A stretch of 63,535 nt of DNA, filler included, from Phoronis australis (Eukaryota; Animalia; Phoronida): assembly GCA_002633005.1 (NCBI GenBank). It is 9 parts of 9 records of this genome, joined end to end, with 100 filler letters (N's around TTAATTAATTAA, not from the genome) between each part and the next. Parts side by side here need not be neighbours in the genome. Positions count along the whole stretch, not along the records: positions 1 to 28,346 come from NMRA01001085.1; 8 more parts are not named here. One strand, given 5' to 3'. The position numbers and the translations under genes are program-made. Each line of letters begins with the position of its first letter. The first letter of the stretch is position 1. Of this stretch, positions 1 through 12,823 are shown piece after piece. Below the pieces are notes generated by a model. It ran no database searches. It was not told the DNA's origin and was given only the letters and a program-made list of their open reading frames with translations.

Positions 1-6
1 GACATT

Positions 7-1549
7 ATGAAAGAAGTCCACAGATTACTCTCCATAAGGAGTGTAACGACTTCACCTTATCACGCACAAACCAACGAGTTGTGTGAAAAGTACAATGGAA
101 CCTTGAAGCAAATGCTAAAACGTATGGTAGGTGAACAACCCCGCCAGTGGGGTAGGTTCATTGAACCCTTGCTATTTGCTTATAGGGAAGCTCCCGTAGA
201 TGGTTTAGGGGTTTTTTCTCCATTCGAAGTCCTGTATGGGAGGGCTGTCAGAGGTCCTATGACAATTTTGCGCGAATTGTGGACAGGTGAAGCAGTCGAA
301 GAAGAGGTACGCGACACTTACGAATATGTCCTTGATCTTCGTAAGCGATTGCAAGAAACCTGCATGATCACCTCTGAGGCGTTGTTAGAGGCCCAACAAA
401 CGCAAAAGGCGTATTATGATAAGTCAACAAAACTGCGACAACTGAAGCCAGGTGACGAAGCTCTAAAAAATCCTACTGCCAACAGAGCGCAACAAATTGC
501 AAATGAAATGGAAAGGTCCATTTCCAATCAAGGAGCGATTAGGTTTTTGCAATTATGCCATTGAGATCAATGGGAAAACAAAAGTGTTCCATATCAATAT
601 GTTGAAGCAGTATTTCCGTAGGGAAGAGCCAAACACTAACAAATTGCAAATGAAATGGAAAGGTCCATTTCCAATCAAGGAGCGATTAGGTTTTTGCAAT
701 TATGCCATTGAGATCAATGGGAAAACAAAAGTGTTCCATATCAATATGCTAAAGCAGTATTTCCGTAGGGAAGAGCCAAACACTCATGCGAGTGTCGCTG
801 CTATCACATTTGAAGATATGGACGACGAGTGCGGTGGCACTGCGTCAGTCGATACCCCTGGTGTATCGGAAAAACTCGAAACTTATTGTGATGTGCAAAT
901 CAATCCTGATTTGACTAGCGACCAGAAAGATGCTTTGATACGAATGGTGGAAGAATATGCAGACATATTCTCATCAAAGCCAGGAACAACTGATCTAATT
1001 GAACATAAGTTTGAGTTGAGGGACAAGGACCCCATACGGTCTAATCCTTACCCAGTTCCATATTCTCTTTATGGAGATATGAAACGAGAAATTGATGACA
1101 TGTTGAGAATGGGGATCGTTGAGCCTTCTGAATCTCCATACTGTTCGCCACTTGTCATTGTCAAGAAGAAAGACGGGGGTGTCCGATATTGTCAAGACAT
1201 GCGGAAGGTTAACAAAGTCACTAAATTTGATTGTGAAGGAATGCCTGACCCCGAGGCCATCTTTACAAAGTGCGCAAGTGACAGATTTTTCAGCAAAATT
1301 GATTTTTGCAAAGGTTATTGGCAGATTCCTATGGAAGACACTTCCAAAGAAATCACAGCATTCACGACACCTTTTGGTCATTATCAGTATATCAAGATGC
1401 CATTTGGGCTAGTGAACAGTGGGGCTACCTACAATAAAATGATGAGAAAATTGTTGGGAGACATGTCAAATGTCGACAATTTCGTCGATGACGTTTTGCT
1501 TCACACGTCGAATTGGGACCATCACATAAGTCAGATGAAAGTTTTGTTT
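7..1549 (+). mobile_element. Ty3/Gypsy LTR retrotransposon pol fragment with integrase upstream of reverse transcriptase (Gmr1-like order); frameshifted; runs into an N gap
   Basis: Integrase core end (TSPYHAQTNELCEKYNGTLKQML...LLFAYREAP...SPFEVLYGRAVRGP) and GPY/F module (KWKGPF...VFHINMLKQY) are followed in the same direction by Gypsy RT motifs (SPYCSPLVIVKKKDG, FSKIDFCKGYWQIPM, MPFGLVNSGATY, FVDDVLL). A frameshift at the A-run near 465-470 joins GDEAL to ILLPTERNKLQMKWKGP. Confidence 0.9.
491..784 (+). repeat. In-frame 147-bp (49-codon) tandem duplication of the integrase GPY/F module
   Basis: 491-637 and 638-784 match except ATG TTG AAG vs ATG CTA AAG (both MLK). Confidence 0.95.
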
Positions 1550-2348
1550 NNNNNNNNNNNNNNNNNNNNNNNNNNNNNNNNNNNNNNNNNNNNNNNNNNN
1601 NNNNNNNNNNNNNNNNNNNNNNNNNNNNNNNNNNNNNNNNNNNNNNNNNNNNNNNNNNNNNNNNNNNNNNNNNNNNNNNNNNNNNNNNNNNNNNNNNNNN
1701 NNNNNNNNNNNNNNNNNNNNNNNNNNNNNNNNNNNNNNNNNNNNNNNNNNNNNNNNNNNNNNNNNNNNNNNNNNNNNNNNNNNNNNNNNNNNNNNNNNNN
1801 NNNNNNNNNNNNNNNNNNNNNNNNNNNNNNNNNNNNNNNNNNNNNNNNNNNNNNNNNNNNNNNNNNNNNNNNNNNNNNNNNNNNNNNNNNNNNNNNNNNN
1901 NNNNNNNNNNNNNNNNNNNNNNNNNNNNNNNNNNNNNNNNNNNNNNNNNNNNNNNNNNNNNNNNNNNNNNNNNNNNNNNNNNNNNNNNNNNNNNNNNNNN
2001 NNNNNNNNNNNNNNNNNNNNNNNNNNNNNNNNNNNNNNNNNNNNNNNNNNNNNNNNNNNNNNNNNNNNNNNNNNNNNNNNNNNNNNNNNNNNNNNNNNNN
2101 NNNNNNNNNNNNNNNNNNNNNNNNNNNNNNNNNNNNNNNNNNNNNNNNNNNNNNNNNNNNNNNNNNNNNNNNNNNNNNNNNNNNNNNNNNNNNNNNNNNN
2201 NNNNNNNNNNNNNNNNNNNNNNNNNNNNNNNNNNNNNNNNNNNNNNNNNNNNNNNNNNNNNNNNNNNNNNNNNNNNNNNNNNNNNNNNNNNNNNNNNNNN
2301 NNNNNNNNNNNNNNNNNNNNNNNNNNNNNNNNNNNNNNNNNNNNNNNN

Positions 2349-2726
2349 TTTGGTGACCATGTTAAGGTTTCCGCATTTAGTATGTTGTACCTAGTGTTTG
2401 CTGGTTTGGATGCCCACCAGCATACCCTATTTCTTATATTGTCAGCAGAGCTAAAGTCTGCCATCTGGTTCATGCGTAACAGGTTGTTATTTGATCATGT
2501 GCCGTCCTCTACGGATGACATTACATTTGATTTCTTTGGTCGTCTTAAATCCCGCATTAAGATAGATTTCTACAGATTGTTGCGGGACGACTTTATCGAT
2601 TTCTGGTGCTGTAATGACACTCTCTGTGTTGTAGATAATGGTAAACTACGTTTTACCTTCTAGTATTGTTTTTATCGTCTTCTGTGTTTGTATTGTTCAA
2701 TAAATTTTATTCAAAGAAAAAAAAAG
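2349..2726 (+). mobile_element. 3' end of an L1/Tx1-clade non-LTR retrotransposon (ORF2 C-terminus, short 3' UTR, poly-A)
   Basis: The ORF has the KSAIWFMRNRLLF motif and an F...W.....LC.V....L ending typical of Tx1/L1 ORF2. Stop at 2663, then AATAAA near 2699 and an A-rich tail at about 2712-2725. Confidence 0.6.
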
Positions 2727-2826
2727 TATTAGATATTTCTTGGAGAGAGGCAACCAGCTTGCTAGAGAGATATCGCAGATATTCCTGAAGAGATGCTACT
2801 GGTTTGCTGAGAAATATCACAAGCTG

Positions 2827-2970
2827 TAGAAATTCGATGGACTGAATTTCAATCCGATACGTGTAGCAGAAATTCGATGGACTGAATTTCAAAGAGGGTA
2901 CATTGTATCTAGAATTCGATGGACTGAATTCAATGTTAACATATATGTTGTTCGATGGACTGAACTTCAT
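2827..2970. repeat. Degenerate ~40-bp tandem repeat with core TTCGATGGACTGAA (4 copies)
   Basis: The core recurs near 2833, 2873, 2915 and 2951. Confidence 0.85.
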
Positions 2971-4813
2971 GGTTATTCCGAAGCATTTCATCAAGTGAAG
3001 ACTGCTTGGAAGACTGGATCAAGAGAAGAGGAAACTCCTCAAAACAAGTGTAATACTGGATCCAAGGCCGACGCCAGGAATGGGAAACGTGATCACAGAC
3101 TGATTAAATTAGGCTTCTTTATTAATCTTTATGATTTTTCATTTAGGGAAATTCAAACAATTAGTCAGTCAATATACTCATTATTACATCCAAATCAAAT
3201 TGTGTTATTTCAACCGCCTACCGGCAAGATATACACCACGTGACACCGACATACTAGTTAAGGGTCGGAAATACGAAGCCATGAGTGCTGGCAACAATCA
3301 ATTGCAGCTGATGGGCCTCGCCACCGAAAGGTCCATGGCGTGACCAAGGAAAGCCGAAACCAAACCTGCAGAAACTGTGGGCTGGACCAGAAGCCCAGAT
3401 AATGTCCAGCCTACTTTGATACATGCGAGTCATGCTCGGCTTCCTGTGAACTTGGATTTGAGCCTCCTAAATAACGGCCAACATCAAGTCATTTACATAA
3501 ATATGACATCTTTGAATTTAATTATTTCTTTACAAATCAACAACCGTTTTTTAGCATTTGTGCAAATTGATATGGTTAGAGTTGACTCGAGTTGCCTATG
3601 AGTTGGCTTGGGTATGAAGTGACCTGTTTCCTGGGCAAGGTTCTCCTCAACCTGTTTTGATTCATCACTGCCTCAAGTTTGAATTTTGCCGCAGCGAGTT
3701 AGGTTTTCTTGCGTTTAGTTTGAAAGCTTATGCAACGAGCTTGCACTATTGGTAGATCAGTCATTTCTAATTAACAAATTTGGACATTTTGGATTTTTGG
3801 TGTAAGGTCAGTGCACATATTCCGAGACTTAGACACAAAACTCTGAACGGCATGGACATGGACTTTCAAACACATGTAATTCCTGTCAAGTTGGAATTTC
3901 CTGTTGTGGAGAACACTGCTAGGTCACAGCAAATTCTACATTTGTACATAGTTGAGTTTCTCGGTGTGGGTAACCAGTCTTGAAGTACCGTCTTGGCCAG
4001 ACATTTTTAGCTGTTAAACTTTTTCGGGCCTCATTTGATATCGCCTTTGGTTGTTTTTTCGTCATTTGGTATTTTCTCAGGTACCCATTTTGTCATCTTC
4101 CAAGGTACTGCATTGGTCTCAGTGTTCTCCAAAACAGAAAGTTCTAGCTCAACTGTAATAATACACAATTCGTACATATTCTAAAATCCACGTCTATACC
4201 GGTACCAAAGACCAAAACTCTCAAAGTTGCTTGACATTACTTATCTCAGAATTCAAGCTCCTTTCAGAGTTTCAATGTGTTAAAAGTCAGAACTAACAAT
4301 AATAGCAAGTATAACAATATTTCCATGTAAAAACACGCACTCATGTATACCTGAAATTGCAACTGATGGCATCGTGAAGCTTTTTTAAGTTGCATGATGC
4401 TTAAAATCAGGTAAAATTTTCTAACTACGAACTTTTTGCTGTGAAGGATTCAACAGTTTCCACCCTCATCTAAGGTCTTCTTCAACGAATGGATTACAAG
4501 CGTTTTGTTGACCTAGATCTAGAATAAATTGGTACAGCAGGGGAGCTGTAGTCCTTAGGCTACATTCATGGTGGGTTGTCTGGTCTTGATGAAGACACTG
4601 CCTCCTTAGCTTTTCGAGAGAACCAGTGTTCCTACTTGGGCATTGTCCCTGTCCACAGTTTGGCCAGCATTGAGGGTATAGTATTAGGTGAAGTTTACCT
4701 GCTCAATATTGTTATAAAGGATGAAAAACCTAGTATGACATCATGCAACTTGTGAAACATTCTGTCATCCTCGGTTAATCCATATAATTGTAACTTTGAT
4801 TTACATTTTGCAG

Positions 4814-6283
4814 TTTTTTATCAAGCTGCTGGGACTCTCAGAATGTGAGCAACTGCATTTTCTTGATGAAGCGTTAACAGCCCATGGCAATCTGAAAATG
4901 TTCAGTAGTCAAATTGACAACTACAAGATGAAAGCGCTCCGAGGAGCGAACCTTGGCGAAATAAACCAAAAAGATGACGATAAAGATGATGACGAAGATG
5001 ACGAATATGACGAAGATGGTGGCGAGGATGAACTAAAGAAGTAATAATAACATACCCATGACGAACGTAGAAGTCCGAAATCAGTAAGAAAAAGGATACA
5101 GTCTTGTGCGACACTTGGCGAAATTAACGGAAAAGACGATGGAGATGATGACGAAGATGACTACGATGATGACGAATATGGTGATGGTGGTGGCGATGAT
5201 GAACAACATCACAACATTCATATGATGAACTTAGATGTCATAAATCAATAAGAAATAGGCTACAGTCTAGTTCAAAAGAGGATATACCGCCATCAATGCA
5301 GCAAGAGCGCTCAACAAAGGAACAGCGTTATCAGAAAATCTCAAATAACTCAAAAAGTAGACGTCCTAGCGAAAAATGGAAAACATCTTCTGAAAGCCCG
5401 TTCAAAATTATATCTAAACAGATGGTATCGCCTAATTCCGTAAATTTTTCGAAAAAAATGAAATTTTGCTTATTTTTTAAGAAATTCAAAGTCAAATAAC
5501 TCGAAAACGGTAAGTCTGAGAAAAAAATTGTTACAGTTCATTTGAAAGAATATACCTTAGAGAATCCACATGCAAAAATTCACGTCTTTTCCTTCACCCG
5601 TTTAAATAGCATCTACGTACGACTGAAAATAGGTCAACATGCACAAGATCCGCCATCTTGAATGCAACTTCCGGTTTTTTGGGTTGATATAATAGCATTT
5701 CACAAAAAACTAATATCCGTAAAACTTCAAAGGAATTGGCCTTATAGTGCGCCCTCTACAGGAGAAAACGTTTTTAGGCCAAAATTGAGGTGCGCATGCG
5801 CGATCGCCGATATTTCCGCCATCTTTAATCGGAAGTAAACAATTTCCGGTATGCTTGTAGCAAACTTCCGGTCCACTTACTGTGCCGATTCTTAGCCTTT
5901 TACGTAAAAAATTGTAGCCTCCAGAAGCATTTGAACCTTTAAATGAAAACAAAATGGCCGCCACAGCCGCCATCTTGGATCCGATTTTGACGAAAAACAA
6001 TAGGCTTCCAGTACTTCCGGAAGTACGTATTATGTGTAAATTTCGTGATGATCGGACGAAAATTGCGACCTGTATCGTGCGAACAAACAAAAAAAAAAAA
6101 AAAACTTAGTGGAAGAGCAACATACTTGGCGAAATTTATTTCGCCAAGTAAAAATGAAAGTTGTGAAAGGAGGGTTCACATATGGAGTGAAGTGTTCCAG
6201 CTTTGAGGAGGCCAGAGACAAGTTCCCCCAGTATTCAGCTGATGAACAATTGTCAAAGTTCCTACCAATGCTGAAATTGACAG
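4814..6283 (+). pseudogene. Exon of an unidentified (probably pseudogenised or TE-derived) gene split by the 4925-6154 insertion
   Basis: Acceptor TTTTGCAG at 4813 and donor AG|GTAAGG at 6283/6284. Removing the insertion gives in-frame FFIKLLGLSECEQLHFLDEALTAHGNLKMFSSQIDNYKMKVVKGGFTYGVKCSSFEEARDKFPQYSADEQLSKFLPMLKLT. Confidence 0.45.
4925..6154 (-). mobile_element. Non-autonomous Helentron-like (HINE/DINE-1-type) element
   Basis: One end has hairpin CGCTCC-GA-GGAGCG (4935-4948) next to subterminal motif CTTGGCGAAAT (4952-4962). The other end has palindrome TACTTGGCGAAAT-TT-ATTTCGCCAAGTA (6123-6150) followed by an A-run. Internally there are duplicated GAT/GAC-rich blocks (about 4952-5040 and 5115-5205). 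Same architecture as the element at 34231-35643. Confidence 0.6.
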
Positions 6284-7339
6284 GTAAGGTTGGTTCTGTC
6301 ATTCTACATTTGTCAGTATACAGAGATATGGATTAACATGATATCTTGTGATCTTCATCATTCATTTGTCTCAAAGAAAACATATTTGCAGCACACCTAT
6401 TACACGATTAGTAACAGTATCATAACCAAGTAGGCATGAAGAAATGACATGAAGAAGCGGTTTGAAACAATTTCATGATGACATAATTTGAGGCATTCCA
6501 TACTTCTTCAAAGTATACTTGATCCCCTCGGCCGAACAAAAATTACCTATCAACTACACACAATAGGTGTATAGTACTGATGAACAGAGAAAATGGCAGT
6601 TGGAGCCATGTCAATTTACCTTGCAGTTCATCGACTTTACACTAAAAAAAATTTAGTCAAAAATTACGACAATTGAACATGTATGCAGGCAACCTTGGTT
6701 AAATACGCGACACTTGTCATTATTCCATACGGGCATTCTGTTCGTATCCTTGGAACAAAGTTCGACACTCAACAGAACAGTTGTAAAGCAACCGACCAAG
6801 AAACATGATTAAAAGACACAATATTTCGAAACATGCATCAATATCAAATTATATCACTAATCCACCCAAAACACGAACCAGATTCATTGTAAATGACACC
6901 CAATTCTGGAAATTCTGGATTTCCCTCTACCCCTGCATACTCTTGCCTCGTAGACTATTCAGTTAAGTTTCGTATACCTTCTAGCACACTTTTATATAGT
7001 TTGTTAAAACTATTTTCAATACTTTCAAAAACATTATGTTCAAGCTCCTTCAGGTGTAGTGTGACAGAAATAAGCAGTGTTTTAATATCTATACTCCTAG
7101 GTTAAAAAATAATATGATTGTTGAGTGTGCAAAGCAAAGACTGATCTCCAGAATCACTAGATGCTTTAGACATTTACAACGTTTGGATGCCTATTAAAAA
7201 GTTCTCGGGTTTTTCGGGCCTCAAAAAGGTTTCTTCAATGTTTGGATATCCGAAAGTTGTGAAATCGTATAATGGAAGTCCATTTAATTCGTAGACAGTT
7301 TGCAGAGTTCAGTAGATTTAAACATCGCAAAATTACACT

Positions 7340-8284
7340 GCATTGGCCAAGAGCAAATGCACAAGCAGAATCGTCCAATAAACCGCAGATGAAATGTATA
7401 AGAGCTGCAGTTACGGAAGGTAAAAACTGGAAGCAGGAACTGTACAAATTTTTGAGACAATATCGTGCTACACCGCATAGCTCGACTGGAGTGTCACCAC
7501 ATAAATTGTTGTTTGGACGTGAACCTCAAACAAGGTTACACAGGATTACTAAAAGTGTAAATAGGACTCCATCATGGAAAGGGCAAAAGGAAATGACGAA
7601 TTAGCAAAACAACATATGAAATTGTATGCTGACAATAAACTTGGAGTAAAATCATGCAATATTCGAGTGGGAGATACTGTGTTGATTCGAAATGACAGGA
7701 AATAAAACAAACTGTCAACTTTGTTTAACGCCACTCCTCATATTGTTGTTGATAAGAAAGGTTCTATGTTGAGTGCTATACAGATGGCGAATGTACTGTT
7801 ACTAGGAATTCCAGTGCATTTAAACGTACTAATTCGAAATTTACACCAGTTGTGGGCGAGAATAACAAAAGTGAATTTCTGGAAAACACTCCTATCCATA
7901 CCACAACAGAGGCAAAACATCAACAACAGGATCCTCCTGTCAGACGATCTACAGGTGTTAAACGCAAAGCAGGATATTTGCAAGACTTTGTGACTGACTA
8001 AATAAACAATAACTGGACAATTTACATGGACTGTTAAAATGTGTTTGTGTACTTGTAAAAATTATTGAGGAGAGATGTAATGTTTTGATAAACATATAAC
8101 AGATATATTACTCACGCTTACCAGTTAGTGCAAGACTATAGTTTAATTGATTCTGAGTAAAGGAAGATCTATATATGATATTACTGCTTCCATTGTATGA
8201 ATTGCATGCTTAGTCATTGTTTTTATAATAAGCCAACTTGTAGCGAATTAAGTTAGTTCCAATAAAGTATTCTATACAGCAACA
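7340..8284 (+). mobile_element. Gypsy LTR retrotransposon 3' remnant: degenerate integrase C-terminus, PPT and 3' LTR
   Basis: NWKQELYKFLRQYRATPHSSTGVSPHKLLFGRE, then MKLYAD...IRVGDTVLIR with stops and frameshifts. Purine tract GAGGAGAGA at 8067-8075 is followed directly by TGTAATG; the putative LTR 8076-8284 contains AATAAA and ends in AACA. Confidence 0.8.
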
Positions 8285-10875
8285 CGTGCGTTGCTCCCTT
8301 CATATAAGACACGCACACCATAATAAGACACTGTTACACTTGGGTACAGGAGGGCCAACAGATCATTACTTTGACTCCTTAATACAAATTCCTCCGATCA
8401 TCTCACAACTAGTTCATGGCATTCCTCACTTACATGAACATTTACACATCCGCCCACCCCCAAGTCCTTTCACCTTTGTAAGTATGCCCAAAACATCCTT
8501 AATTCCATTTCCACCTTCGGGTCTCACAACTCCATATATTACGACCAACAGTTCCGCAAACTTCGTGCCCAGGTTCAACCCCAAGCCACGTGGCACACCA
8601 TCAAACGTAGTAATTTTTATCACAGCCAGGATAGTATCTCTTTGTATGTAATGGAAAAAGAGATTATGAGGTTCTTTATTGTAGAATGAGATAAACAGTA
8701 AGATCTTGTGTATTGTGCCACCTTCGGCCAGCATTCTTTCAGTCGGTGCATCCACACTTAGTCACGCATGTGCTTTGTTCATTCTTACTTTTCGTCTTAC
8801 AGTCCGTTTCACATGTCGGGCTGTGGCTAATTGCACTCTTTTTACCATCAGTACGATACATCAGTACAGACAGATTTGTATGTGGTTATGTGTTTGCTTG
8901 CAAGAGGCAATGCAATAAAAATAGTATAACTGGCCAACTCAGACACCGATACTATCAGTGACAAACCAGATGTTCAAGGTGAGGAACCACACAATCAGCG
9001 TCAACGGGTCCTCACGAGCAGGGGCACTGAGCGATTTCAGTCGTTACTTTAAGGTCATCGACGGCATATGTCTTGGACTTGGGAGTCCATACAGTCGGAC
9101 ATTAGCAAGATTGAGACATACAAATCTGACTGGACTAAGTTTCAAGAAATACAAAACACCCTAAATGTACTCACTTATTGATATGACTCGGTAACAGACG
9201 CCCTGTTGGAGTTCCTGTTGAAAGATGCGATCGAGAACACAAAGATTAGCGCTCGGGAATGCAAATCTGTGTTTTGTTTATGCGATCGGGAAGGCATTGT
9301 GGTGGGCCGAACAATAATGAACTTTTTACTTATAAAACGTGAAAAGATTACAAAACAAATGTGGTGCAATGAATTAATCAAATTTTGCCTCTTTACTGTG
9401 TTACTTTCATATCTAAACTAAACAATAGTATAGCATATTACCAGTAAATCGCCATGAGCACTATATGTACATCAAGCATACTGTTTTATTCAAAAATGTT
9501 TTCACATTCAAATGAATTTGTTTTCATTTAAGGAAACAAGTTCACTGTTATTGTGAGGCGAGCTTCAACGAACATGTTACCAACGACGTGAAGGTACACA
9601 CTACCAGAGTTTTAAAACACAGACATCAAATTTAAGATGAAACCACTGGGACCAAGGGGTTCTAAACTAGAGTCTCACTCAGGAGTTGTTCCATGTGGCG
9701 TGTCAGCCAGCGGTAAACAAATTGTTGCAGCAGATGAAAGTGAGTGTCGAATCTGTTTGCAAAATTGTGACAGCAAAAGGAAAAAAATAACAAATAGCCA
9801 GTGAAGTCAAAGAATGATGATGAGCTTGCCCATGGGGAGAGAAAGGAGTGCGGCAACATCATTAACGAGATGATTCAAAGATTCCCCAATCATGAACGTC
9901 TGGGATATAAAAATTGTCAGAAGTTGTGTAAACTGATGTGCTGATAAAACGGGTGGGATTTTACTTGATGTTTTACTGATAACATCGATGCAGAGATGAA
10001 CAGATTGACTTGTTGCACCCATGTGGCTTGAATGTAAGTCGGGTTTTATTCTCTTTTGTAGTCTTAACAAGCTGAAAGTAGCCTGTCAATTCCAAGAAAG
10101 AAAGAAATCCCGAGTCACTTGTAAGACAAAAGACAAAAGAACCTGACAAAGCGATGCATAAAAACAATTACCAAGACTTATTGGAGTTCATGTTTCTTAA
10201 CTTGTTGATCTTCTGAAACAGGCTTACGGTAATCCACTTAGTTATGACAAAATTTCTCCAATGAAAATGCTGAAAATCACTTGCTTGAAAGTAGAACTAG
10301 AACCAACAAATCAGTCCGCCAGACTCACCATTTCTGTTTACTCAAAATGTAAAATGGAATTTAATATCGTAAATACAGAATTATGTTGCCATATTGTTGA
10401 ATACAATTATTAGCTATATCAATATTGATGTTTAATGAGATAAGAATAATTAACCACAACACTGCTGAGAAAATAATCAACTGTTACGCCTGAGCAATGA
10501 GCTAAATACAGCTCATTGGCCTGAGCAACGCTGAACAGAAAATCGGTTAGAGAAAACATTTTGCGGTTAAAAGCGGCCTTCAGTATGGCAGCACTCTCAG
10601 AGATGGTCTCATAGTTGAAGATAAGTTGGTAGCATTATGGTTGGAATACCCCTGCCTTTGTGGTGCTTAGTTAGCGTACAACGATGCAATAATGGAGGCG
10701 GGCGTCAATATCTACTTGGTTATCGCAAGAAGACTTGGCTGGCACAAAATGGCATTGTACCTAGTACAGTACTTGCTGACAATAAGTATACAGTCTCAAG
10801 ACGAACTGTTTATTTCTATCCGCCATCCAAATGGCTAATGTCACGCACAAGACTCCCAAGGATAATAAATAATGA

Positions 10876-11200
10876 CTAGTCTACGGTGTTCAGAGTAAGG
10901 AACCCCAGTGCTCAGACAGCTATATAGGTGAAACGAAACAGTCCATAAAAATGCATGTCACAACATCCTCGCCCTAGTTACGGGGACACGTATGACTCGG
11001 CTATTTTTAGCCGCCTATGCACCACTGGACTTGATTTCAATACTGATGATGTCACAACCTTAGACTGCGAGGAAGATTGGTTCAGAAGGGGTATCAAGGA
11101 AGCTCTCCATGAATGCATTGAGAGCCCCTCTCTAAATAAACGAGGTAGACTAAGGTTATATCTGTCACATTTATGGGATAGTGTCCCGACCTCAATGCCG
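10876..11200 (+). mobile_element. Penelope-like element GIY-YIG endonuclease remnant (frameshifted)
   Basis: LVYGVQSKEPQCSDSYIGETKQ followed by SAI...DVTTLDCEEDWFRRGIKEAL...PSLNKRGRLR..LSHLWD, matching the usual PLE C-terminal pattern. Confidence 0.8.
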
Positions 11201-11264
11201 AACCGTCTGGTTAAAATGCTACCTATTAGCCAGATAATAATATCACTAGCTGTTTTATTATCTA

Positions 11265-11796
11265 TGTTCACTACTAGGTGACGCTCCCGGCATTCCCGTT
11301 TCTTATTGCCGGAAGTCGAATAAACGATCACTGTTCTCATCCTCACCTTGTGTTTACTTGATTATAGTCAAACTACCCACGAAATAATCTGACATGGTGG
11401 CAACGGTAGGATTATAGAACACTCAAGTAACTATTGAAAGTGATTTTTTAAAACATTTGATTGTCTAAATTATCGTGAATTTGAGCCGACCTCACCCGTG
11501 ACCTCACCTCGCCGTCACCGCCTGCGCACAAATCGACAATGACAACCAAAATGCCCGTCATGAATTGGCAGTATGAGCCACTGTGCGATTCTTTTCGTGC
11601 ACGAATGGACCTCTTTTTAGTAGACAATGACGTCATTGACACTACTAAGATAGCGACCAAGATAAAAATAGCGCTTGGAGATGAGGGCATGCGCCGGATT
11701 CTCAACTCCGGAATGAGCACCACCGACCAGAACAAACCTGGGAAACTGTACAACCTGATTGTTAAAGTTCGTAGGAGACGAATGCAATGTCGCTAA
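11265..11796 (+). mobile_element. Gypsy element 5' remnant: LTR, tRNA-Leu primer-binding site and truncated gag
   Basis: A TG...CA segment (about 11265-11394) containing AATAAA is followed directly by TGGTGGCAACGGTAGGAT (11395-11412), near-complementary to the tRNA-Leu 3' end. A gag-like ORF at 11539-11796 reads MPVMNW...FRARMDLFL...KIKIALGDEG. The LTR 5' edge is uncertain. Confidence 0.7.
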
Positions 11797-12823
11797 CTCA
11801 AGCAAATTCCGGTATTACTTTCAATTTTTCTGCACTAAGTATGCACTCATTACTCATACTACTATTACAGCAAAAGATGAAGCGTAGAAGAAAATCATGA
11901 AGTGACACTTAAACCCAACTGACACGTATTTTAATTAGTAGTTATCCGTGTTTTCACATTTTGACACTTTCTTCAAGCATAGCCTCACACTCGTGAATAA
12001 TTTTTAGTGTTGAGCTTCTTACAGAAAACAAATATAATAAGTATCATGTGCGCACTGGAAAACAGTGAAGCACATTTGAAAAAGGTCGCTACCACAAGAA
12101 TACCTGTCGACCATCTTGGTTGCAAAGCTAAATGAACATATCGTTAACAAAGGGGCACAACAGTACCCCACGCTAATCTGTTTTCCCAAAAACTACACAG
12201 AAGCAACAATGGGGAGATGTTGTTAGAGTATTCAACAGGATTCATAATCAAAGTTTGACGGAAACATTTTCCTCCCTTTTTTGAGTTATTCCTTGGAAAC
12301 CAGACTGGCTGACCATGGCTAGACTTTAGGTTAGCTCGGACAAATTCAACGACAAAACAATAAAGACTGGCGTGACCCTAGCCGTCAGTCTTAATAAAGT
12401 TCAAAACAATGCCAACAGTCCATGCAATGGGCGCAGTACCCTAGGCTGTCAACTGTTACGCATGTTGTCATGCCACCTGCAGCACTGAGAATGCAGGCAC
12501 CTACAACAATGGCATGAATCAGTAACCAAGTGATATTGAGATTTGCTGGGCAGTGGTAACGGGGCATGAAATCAACCATGCTGACAGCAAAAGCCAAAAA
12601 AGCCCTGTGACAAGCTGAGCTTTAAAGTAATATTACTTTTTAGTTTATTCAGATTGAAATTAACATATTTGTTGTTTCGGGGGTATCACACCATCTTTTG
12701 AATGACATTTAAATTTTCTGAAAATGTTGGAAATCATAAGTTTTCACTTGAAAAATACAGATTTTTAGCACATGCGTAACTGGGTTGGCAGCCCTGAGTA
12801 CTAGTAATCAGCTCTGTTCTCTA

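Noticed and set aside
1425-2473. Long ORFs made of X residues (also 34498-35378 and 42681-43218)
   Set aside because: Artefacts of translating through N gaps.
2827-2970. CRISPR-like repeat-spacer array
   Set aside because: Eukaryotic context, short degenerate core, related spacers and no cas genes; an ordinary minisatellite.
4960-5044. Acidic-tail protein (DDDKDDDEDDEYDEDGGEDE)
   Set aside because: Comes from a GAT/GAC-rich internal repeat of the inserted element, duplicated at about 5115-5205.
8300-8700. Minus-strand LINE C-terminal remnant
   Set aside because: Only a vague Cys-rich resemblance with no diagnostic motif.
9040-9120. Penelope RT motif-like YFKVIDGICLGLGSPYSRTLARL
   Set aside because: Resembles the QxxGxxMGSPxS motif but is too short and isolated to call.
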